Origin: a virus
Direction: 5' to 3' (one strand)
IMG/VR virus record: IMGVR_UViG_3300020000_000010
Location: 1-64,000 of that record
Length of the DNA stretch: 64,000 bases
Made by a program: the position numbers and the translations under genes. The notes under the pieces were generated by a model. That model was not told the DNA's origin, did no database searches, and worked only from the letters and a program-made list of their open reading frames with translations. Positions 57,652-64,000 of the stretch are shown here, piece by piece (within the stretch, counting starts at the first letter, position 1; the number at the start of each line of letters is the position of its first letter).

Positions 57652-59093
57652 AATATTTCTTTTACTGTTAATTGTTTTATACTTGATAATTTTTGTTTAC
57701 CATATTCTTTAGCTTCTTCTTTCTGAGCCTCTAAAGAAGTAAATAGTTCCTTTCTTTTTTCAAAGTATTCAATTAGTTTATGTGTTCTTTCATTATCTCC
57801 AAAACAACATTCTAAAATTAAAGGAATAGTAATCTTTTGTATACCTTTTTCAGATTCAAAATATTCATTTTCTATCTCTTTTTGATAGTTTTCAACAAAT
57901 GATACAAAGGCTATACAAAATAATAACCAATTTTTAACTTTAACAAAGTTTGTAGTACCAGAATGGCATCTAAACTCTAAAGTATATGATTCATTTTCTC
58001 TAGTGTTAAATAAACATGGTATAAAATTTAACCAAGCATATCTAATATTAGAATGATCATAACCTACTTTAGCTCCTTTAGGATGATTAGTCTTTTTATT
58101 TAACTTATCATCAGGATTATATTTACATGCTTTTTTAAATATTTCATTGTAAATATCTGATAACCAGATATTATACTCTATTTTATTAGTTGTTTTACCT
58201 AAATACTTCTTTTCATATAAATTAGGTAACATCTGGCAATAGGTTGATCTAGACCTACTTGGAGGTAAATATTGAAATAAATCCTTTTGAATAGCCAATC
58301 CTAGTTTATAGGCAAAGACTATAAAAGTCTTATTAAAATCTATATTTCCTAGATGAATATGAATACTCGTTTTCTTGTCTACAGTACATCTTTTTGATAG
58401 TTCCATACATATCTTCTGAAGATGTAATAAACCATTATTACCTGAAAGAATTCCAGTAATATATTCTCCTGAAATAGGATCTCCTCCGCCTTCAGGTCTC
58501 AAAGATCCATCATATTCACAAGATATATTTAAATCATTCTCTAGGTATTCTGGAATATATCCAGAAGCTGTTTCTAGCTCTACTCCAAAAGTATACTTTT
58601 TATTTCCTGTTAATAGAAAATTATTATTTTTCTCAGGAAGGTTTGGATATGTATTATTAAAAGTTCTATATTTAGCAGATCCAGCATAATAGTTTGAAAT
58701 ATATTTTAAATACTCTTCCTCAAGAGGTATAGGATAGAAAAATCCCCATTTTAAATCCTCTCTAATATTTTCATCTTTAAAAACATCTCTAGAAATATAA
58801 GCAAAACTATTATTTCCAATATATAATAAAGGATACTTTTTAGCCTTACTACTATAAAACTCATCAAGAATCTTAATAGCGTTTTTTTCTAAAGTATAAG
58901 AATGTACTATAGGATTTAATTTATATTTTTTTGTTAATACTCCTGTTTCAACATCTAGAACTTCTGTATCATCTAAACCTTTATAAAGGGCTTTTTCATT
59001 CATTTCTTTCTTATTAAATATTTTTAAAAAATAATTGAAAAACTTAAATATCAACATGTTCTTCTTGTTGAGAAGCTTCTGTAATAATTTCAT
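57642..59093 (-). CDS. Putative amidoligase (COOH-NH2 ligase, Amidoligase_2-like); start may be at 59003
   Basis: YTFGVELET, YDGSL, GEYITG, TSIHIHLG, RY.WLN, TLEFRCHSGT. Confidence 0.85.
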   Translation of the reverse strand: MKLLQKLLNKKNMLIFKFFNYFLKIFNKKEMNEKALYKGLDDTEVLDVETGVLTKKYKLNPIVHSYTLEKNAIKILDEFYSSKAKKYPLLYIGNNSFAYISRDVFKDENIREDLKWGFFYPIPLEEEYLKYISNYYAGSAKYRTFNNTYPNLPEKNNNFLLTGNKKYTFGVELETASGYIPEYLENDLNISCEYDGSLRPEGGGDPISGEYITGILSGNNGLLHLQKICMELSKRCTVDKKTSIHIHLGNIDFNKTFIVFAYKLGLAIQKDLFQYLPPSRSRSTYCQMLPNLYEKKYLGKTTNKIEYNIWLSDIYNEIFKKACKYNPDDKLNKKTNHPKGAKVGYDHSNIRYAWLNFIPCLFNTRENESYTLEFRCHSGTTNFVKVKNWLLFCIAFVSFVENYQKEIENEYFESEKGIQKITIPLILECCFGDNERTHKLIEYFEKRKELFTSLEAQKEEAKEYGKQKLSSIKQLTVKEILCV

Positions 59094-60654
59094 TAAATTC
59101 TAGTTTAATAGTATCTCTTAAAGCCTCTATTCCTTCTTTAACCATTAGAATTTCAGCAGAACTCATAATATAGTTTTCTGTTCCTATCTTTGAGGATTCT
59201 ATAACCTTAAGAATATTATCTAAACTAATAATAGCAGCTTCTTCAACTTCTTTTACTTTTTCCACATTTATTTTTTTTGTTTTATTATTCTTTTTTTTTT
59301 CTATCTTTTCTAGATAATCTTTTATTTCATCTTTAGAAGCAGGTCTTAGATAAGTATCATTAACAACAACACTTCTTCCTGTTAATTCATTTCTAATATC
59401 TCTTCTATTATCATGATTATGAACCATGATTTTACAAATATCTCCTTTATTTACAGCAGGTTTATCCTTATCTTCACCATCAACATATACTAGACTACTT
59501 GTTACAAACACATATATAATATCATTAAGATTATACATTTCATTATAATAAAACCAGAAGGGATTTACTTTAACTCTATCTAATTTCTCATCAATAATAT
59601 AGACTTCTTCTAAATTTTTATCATTATTAAGTTTAGCTACTCCAGTACAGAAATACCAGTTATCTCTTATTAAAGAAATATCTTGTCCTCCAGCTCTAGT
59701 AGTTGTTGCTTGACACTTTAACCATCTATTAACTACTTCTTTTCCTCTATAAGTATATTGTAGATTAAAAGTTTTTATAGGAGTAGAAATAATAGGTTTC
59801 TGTTCTACAAAAGAGTTATTATTATGATTTTCTCCTTGTAGTTCTTCTAACCATTCATCATAATGATTATTTCTATTTCTCCAATTATTATTAGTATTAG
59901 TTTTTGGTAAAATTCCAGGAAAAGGCTTTTTAGCTATTTTAAACTGGTTTTTTACTTTACCATTCTTAATAATATATAAATAGTCTTCTTTAAACTCTAT
60001 AATATTCTTACAGTTTATTGATTTTAAAGATTTCTCTATAGAAGAAATATACATTCCTTCGTCTCCTATACCTCTATATAAAGGTCTTTCTTTGTTTCTA
60101 TATACATAAAGAGTATCGGGAGTATTTGTATCTGTAAAAATTAATGCTGCTGCTCCTTCAAATTTACTTAAACAGTATAAATTCTGTTCTTTATTTAAAG
60201 ATGCTGCTAGTATCATACTATCTACATCATAATCTCTACTAGATAAACCTAGGTTGCCACAAAGTATCCAGGGATTATCTAAAGTTCCATTATGTGCTAA
60301 AACAATATTACCATATTGAAAAGGATGAGCATTATTAAGGCTATTAACACCATAAGTTGCTTGTCTAACATGTCCTATTAATACACTATCTTGTTGTATT
60401 TCATTATAGAAGTCTGAAGTAATATATTCGCTAGATTTCTTTAATGATTTCTTTATTCCTGTTTTAGGAGTATAAATGCCTGTAGCATCTTTACCTCTTT
60501 CTTCATTCCAGAATAATAATTGAGCTATTTTACTTTTATCAAAGAGATAATCTATAGCTGAAAACCCAACTAGACCACAGCCTAATTGGGATTGAAGTTT
60601 TTTAGATCCAAAGATAAATTGAATAAAATAACTTATTGTTATTAATAATAACAT
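59044..60654 (-). CDS. Class II (Ntn) glutamine amidotransferase with an N-terminal leader and C-terminal extension
   Basis: CGLVG at residue 26, ERGKDATG, IGHVRQATYG, NAHPF, LAHNGTL, DVDS, YRNKERPL. Confidence 0.88.
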   Translation of the reverse strand: MLLLITISYFIQFIFGSKKLQSQLGCGLVGFSAIDYLFDKSKIAQLLFWNEERGKDATGIYTPKTGIKKSLKKSSEYITSDFYNEIQQDSVLIGHVRQATYGVNSLNNAHPFQYGNIVLAHNGTLDNPWILCGNLGLSSRDYDVDSMILAASLNKEQNLYCLSKFEGAAALIFTDTNTPDTLYVYRNKERPLYRGIGDEGMYISSIEKSLKSINCKNIIEFKEDYLYIIKNGKVKNQFKIAKKPFPGILPKTNTNNNWRNRNNHYDEWLEELQGENHNNNSFVEQKPIISTPIKTFNLQYTYRGKEVVNRWLKCQATTTRAGGQDISLIRDNWYFCTGVAKLNNDKNLEEVYIIDEKLDRVKVNPFWFYYNEMYNLNDIIYVFVTSSLVYVDGEDKDKPAVNKGDICKIMVHNHDNRRDIRNELTGRSVVVNDTYLRPASKDEIKDYLEKIEKKKNNKTKKINVEKVKEVEEAAIISLDNILKVIESSKIGTENYIMSSAEILMVKEGIEALRDTIKLEFNEIITEASQQEEHVDI

Positions 60655-60674
60655 ATTTTTATTTGTTTTATAGA

Positions 60675-61576
60675 TTATAAATCTTCAAGATCTCTCATTC
60701 TTGCTCTATGATGTTCTAAGATATTTTGCATTGCTTCTTGTTGCCTTCTTTCTATTTCATTTGCTTCTCTAAATTCTACATCATTATTGATTACAAGAGG
60801 TTCTACTGGTGGTACAACTCCATCAAAAAATCTAACAGGATTATAAATTCTAGCCTCAGGTTCTAGGTAAATATCTTGCATTAAATCTTTAATATAACTT
60901 TCATTAAATTTCGCAAAAGCACTATTCTTATCCTTTTTCTTATTTAAATCAGGAACAGGAATCTTATATTTCTTAATTAGTTTTTCTGCTAATTCTTTAT
61001 CTTGAGTGTTAATACAAGAAACTATATTTTCTTTTTCTTTTTCTATTAATTTATCAAAATTCTTATTGTTATTAATAAAATCAATAGCATTATGGACATT
61101 GTTGAATACCCATTCTATTAGGTTATCATTAAAGATCCAGAAGTTGCTTAATACCCTAAATTCTAAGCCAAACTTTGGGAATCTTATTTCTCCAGCTTTA
61201 CCATACATTTTCCTTCTTTCTTTATCTTCATCATAAAGAATAGAAGGTACTCCTAAAAATAAATCAAAAGCTTTTGCAATTCTTAAACTATCATCTAAAT
61301 TAGGATTATCATATCCACAGTGCAAATGTCCGCCCGAACATCTGTAGTTACCATTAGGTTTTGGAGATCTGTTTTCACAACATTCCCAAGCATTAATAGA
61401 TCCTTCACAACCAAAAATTTTTGCTTGTTTATGCTCTAAATATTTAGGATCAAATTCAGCACTAGGAGAAGGATCAATAACCAAAGTATTTGGTAGTTTA
61501 TTCTTTCTTACATAATCTAAAACATAATTTATAGAGGCTATTAACTCTTCACTACTCCTACTTGGAGGTATATTAA
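60675..61576 (-). CDS. phiEco32-like COOH-NH2 ligase type 2, exon 2
   Basis: Frame continues upstream of the tracked ORF to (T)TT-AAT-ATA-CCT-CCA = FNIPP; FGCEG, RCSGGHLHCG, RRKMYGKAG, GLEFRVLSNFW. Confidence 0.88.
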
Positions 61577-61731
61577 CAACTAGTTTCTTTCTAGCCAGAC
61601 TATCCCTTCATCCCTAAGGATGGATCTATTATAGTCGTTGCACGTCTCTTTATTTAATATATCATCAAATAAACAATCACATTTTTTCCTTGTTTATTTT
61701 CAATATTAAAATAGATTTCGCTCAGGATTCC

Positions 61732-62568
61732 TTACGCTGGTTCCCTGAATTTAAGATCTTTTTTTAATTTATAATTACTTATAAACTGAGCTTTAAGATA
61801 TTTTCTTTCTAGATAAATATCTGCGTTTTTATATAAAAATTCGATTAACATTTTACAATTTACAAAATTTATAATATGTATTCGATATAAATTTTTATAT
61901 AAATATAGTCTGTTTTTAATTAAATTATCATCAAAAAATTTTTTAATTTTATCAATAAATAATTTACTTGCAGAAACTATACTTATACAACAATTATACT
62001 CTTTTTTGTTTTTGTTTTTAAAAAAAGAAATACAACCATCTCCGTCTATTACTCCTCTTAAAAAATCCCAAGTTATTGGTATTTTTATATCAAGAGTTTT
62101 AGATTTATTTCTGGTTATTCCTAAATTTATAAGAAAATTAGTAACACTTATAGAAGAAAAACTAAAATTAGACATAAAGTGTCCTTTATATTTAGAATGT
62201 TCTGTTTTATAAATAGGCAAATTACTATTTATAAAAATTTTATATTTTTCAATATGTTCTAAATCTTTGGAATTTAATCCTAAAGTTATTCTATTTCTAT
62301 AAATTCCGCCATCTGTTGCTAATAATCCTAACCAATATTGAGTTTCTCTATCCTCTAAATTAATGAATGGATTATGTTTTACATTTCTTATTTTATCCAT
62401 TCCTCTTCTTCTATTAGAATCGGCTCTTTCTTTTATATTATTCCAAACATTATATTTAATACAAATATCTTTAAGTGTCTCATATGCAACCTTATATTTA
62501 TATTTAATATCCTGAATGTTTACTTTATCATTATAATCTTTAATTAAATCTTCCTCTCTTCCAACCAT
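61732..62568 (-). CDS. Intron-encoded two-motif LAGLIDADG homing endonuclease
   Basis: YWLGLLATDGGI and DFLRGVIDGDGCI; YLERKY. Confidence 0.9.
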   Translation of the reverse strand: MVGREEDLIKDYNDKVNIQDIKYKYKVAYETLKDICIKYNVWNNIKERADSNRRRGMDKIRNVKHNPFINLEDRETQYWLGLLATDGGIYRNRITLGLNSKDLEHIEKYKIFINSNLPIYKTEHSKYKGHFMSNFSFSSISVTNFLINLGITRNKSKTLDIKIPITWDFLRGVIDGDGCISFFKNKNKKEYNCCISIVSASKLFIDKIKKFFDDNLIKNRLYLYKNLYRIHIINFVNCKMLIEFLYKNADIYLERKYLKAQFISNYKLKKDLKFREPA

Positions 62569-62587
62569 TTTTTATTAATTTTGACCA

Positions 62588-62619
62588 CAAAGATAACTAT
62601 AATTTTTCACAAAAACAAA
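62588..62619 (-). promoter_or_regulatory. Intron-internal Bacteroidota-type promoter for the endonuclease
   Basis: TTTG 62619-62616, 20-nt spacer, TATCTTTG 62595-62588; ATG at 62568. Confidence 0.7.
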
Positions 62620-62645
62620 TTTTTATATAGTTATTTAATTAGTTT

Positions 62646-62832
62646 ACTCTCCTGCTACCCCATCTTCCTGTAAAGCATATCCTGTTTTTCCTTCAGGACT
62701 TATATCAATTGGTTCTTTTTTAGTACCTCCTATTAATCCAATTGCAGGGATAAATTCCCCGGTATTCTTATTCTTTAAAAAAAACTCAGGATCTCCTCCT
62801 ATAGTTATATTTTCAATTTTATTTCTACTCAT
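62646..62832 (-). CDS. phiEco32-like COOH-NH2 ligase type 2, exon 1 (spliced product 362 aa)
   Basis: ITIGGDPEFFL, AIGLIGGTKKEP, QEDGVAGE; 187+902 nt = 363 codons including stop. Confidence 0.88.
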
Positions 62833-62837
62833 ATTAA

Positions 62838-63470
62838 TTATTCTTTATTTAATAATTCTAACACTAATCCTTGCATATATTTTACTGTATCACAGTTTAG
62901 ATCCATCCATTCAGGATGAGATTGTATTCCTAAACATTTAGTTTTAGGAAAGAATATAATCTCTACTTCTTTCTTATCTTTCATATCTATTTCTTCATCC
63001 TTACCATTTAAATAAGTATGAGAGAAGTTTGGTGCCCAACCAAGTATTTGAAAGTCTTCTTCTGGAAGATTATAAGGATAGGCCATCTGATGATGAGAAC
63101 TTGTTACAGGTAATATTTTACCATCAAAAGTAAGAATATTATGTGAGGAGTTATGAGACATATGCTGGATTAACTTGCCAGAATTCATAACTACTAAAAA
63201 TTGATTTCCTCTACAAGCCCCTAGGCATGGGATTTTCAACTCTAAAGCCTTATTAAAACATATTTGTTCAAAATCATCTCTCCTTTTATTAAAAGAAGTA
63301 TATTTTCCTTTCTGTTCTCCATAAAGTTCTGGACATATATCTTCTCCTCCTGTAAATAGTACAAGATCTGCTTCTTCTAGCTTACTAGCAAAGATATAAC
63401 CTATTGGATGTAACCAATTAGCATAATCTAAAGAATTTCCTACTACATATACTTTTTTTTTATTGCTCAT
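62838..63470 (-). CDS. Class I glutamine amidotransferase / peptidase C26 (gamma-glutamyl hydrolase-like)
   Basis: LFTGGEDI.P.LYG, RRD..E, LGACRGNQ, VTSSHHQM, GIQSHPE triad. Confidence 0.9.
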   Translation of the reverse strand: MSNKKKVYVVGNSLDYANWLHPIGYIFASKLEEADLVLFTGGEDICPELYGEQKGKYTSFNKRRDDFEQICFNKALELKIPCLGACRGNQFLVVMNSGKLIQHMSHNSSHNILTFDGKILPVTSSHHQMAYPYNLPEEDFQILGWAPNFSHTYLNGKDEEIDMKDKKEVEIIFFPKTKCLGIQSHPEWMDLNCDTVKYMQGLVLELLNKE

Positions 63471-63999
63471 TTATTCCTTCCATTATTTTTTTATATTTAC
63501 CTTGTTTATATAGTTCTCTAAGTTCATTAAAGTTTTGTTCTTCTTTATTATTAAAAAAACTATGAATATTTGTATGATTTGCTTTTAATAGTAAATCAAA
63601 TAAATCTTCAGGTTTATCATAGAATTTAGCTTCTCCACTAACCAAAGCATGATTACTATTATAAATACTAAAAGAAGTACTATAATGAGCTAATATCAAA
63701 AGATTTAATTTATTTATATCTTCTATTTCTTCTATTAACCTAAACCATTCTTCAATTATAGGTTTTGAAGTATTTTCATATAAATATCTAAGTAAAGTTA
63801 AAGTTATCTTTAAAATTATAGGATTTTTATCATTAATAACTTTAATTCCAAAATATTTTTTATTATTATGAATAATATCTCCTAATATTTCAGATTCAAA
63901 TCCTAATTCTTTTAATAAATTTATATACTTTTCTGTATCTTCTAAAGAATATTCACAATATTTATCTTGGATATGATTTTTATACCTATCTATTAGTAA
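63460..63999 (-). CDS. Hypothetical protein (5' truncated by window edge)
   Basis: Frame is open to the window end (LLIDRYKNH...LTLLRYLYE...), so TTG63699 is internal. Confidence 0.6.
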   Translation of the reverse strand, partial: LLIDRYKNHIQDKYCEYSLEDTEKYINLLKELGFESEILGDIIHNNKKYFGIKVINDKNPIILKITLTLLRYLYENTSKPIIEEWFRLIEEIEDINKLNLLILAHYSTSFSIYNSNHALVSGEAKFYDKPEDLFDLLLKANHTNIHSFFNNKEEQNFNELRELYKQGKYKKIMEGINEQ

Positions 64000-64000
64000 A

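Larger units (their letters stand above)
61577..62645 (-). mobile_element. Group I intron (1069 nt) with LAGLIDADG homing endonuclease ORF
   Basis: Exon 1 ends in U and the intron ends in G; splicing restores EDGVAGE-FNIPP. P AAATTCAGGGAA 61752-61741, Q AATCCTGAGC 61729-61720, R GTGCAACGACTA 61643-61632, S AAGGGATAGTCT 61608-61597; P7 GACTA/TAGTC; P8 CATCC-TTAG-GGATG. Confidence 0.9.

Noticed and set aside
59270-59300. Long homopolymer runs as a phase-variation or frameshift site
   Set aside because: The frame is intact, encoding a Lys-rich linker; such runs are expected in AT-rich DNA.
60570-60654. Lipoprotein signal peptide on the amidotransferase (QLGC)
   Set aside because: The hydrophobic stretch is separated from the Cys by KKLQSQ, and this Cys is the Ntn nucleophile.
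40950-62212. Short + strand ORFs in the - arm (40950, 52010, 53199, 54580, 61006, 62006)
   Set aside because: Lie wholly or almost wholly inside motif-supported genes on the opposite strand.
60675-62832. Ligase as a pseudogene or two separate genes
   Set aside because: Group I core motifs and U/G splice junctions restore one 362-aa frame.
1-64000. Stop-codon reassignment, known in some crAss-like phages
   Set aside because: Very long ORFs are intact in the standard code; TAG and TGA occur at plausible gene ends (11640, 21070, 47975).
1-64000. CRISPR array or integrase
   Set aside because: No regularly spaced identical repeats; no tyrosine or serine recombinase motifs.

Overview
Strongly AT-rich 64-kb segment of a crAss-like (Crassvirales-type) podovirus that probably infects a Bacteroidota host: it has TTTG-N19/20-TAnnTTTG promoters and mostly A-rich starts without Shine-Dalgarno sites. 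There are two convergent arms that meet at a hairpin near 39.45 kb. The + arm (1-39422) is the virion module. It holds post-capsid and ring/adaptor genes, Cys-rich hub-like proteins, five fibre genes, a holin/M15 endolysin cassette, an IHF/HU-like gene, a SET-domain gene, a free-standing GIY-YIG nuclease, tail tubular and muzzle genes, ejected cargo proteins and a 3772-aa virion RNA polymerase (DFDID, zincin HExxH, C-terminal SLOG domain). The - arm (39479-64000) holds a Nampt-like/HAD/PRPS-like trio (NARP1-type NAD+ reconstitution), many small accessory ORFs, nucleotide hydrolases, a replication module (exonuclease, resolvase, primase, SSB, AAA ATPase, DnaB-like helicase) and a tRNA-like element. 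It ends in a glutamine amidotransferase/amidoligase cluster whose phiEco32-like COOH-NH2 ligase gene is split by a group I intron carrying a LAGLIDADG gene. The standard genetic code is used. All family calls come from motifs read by eye; no searches were run.
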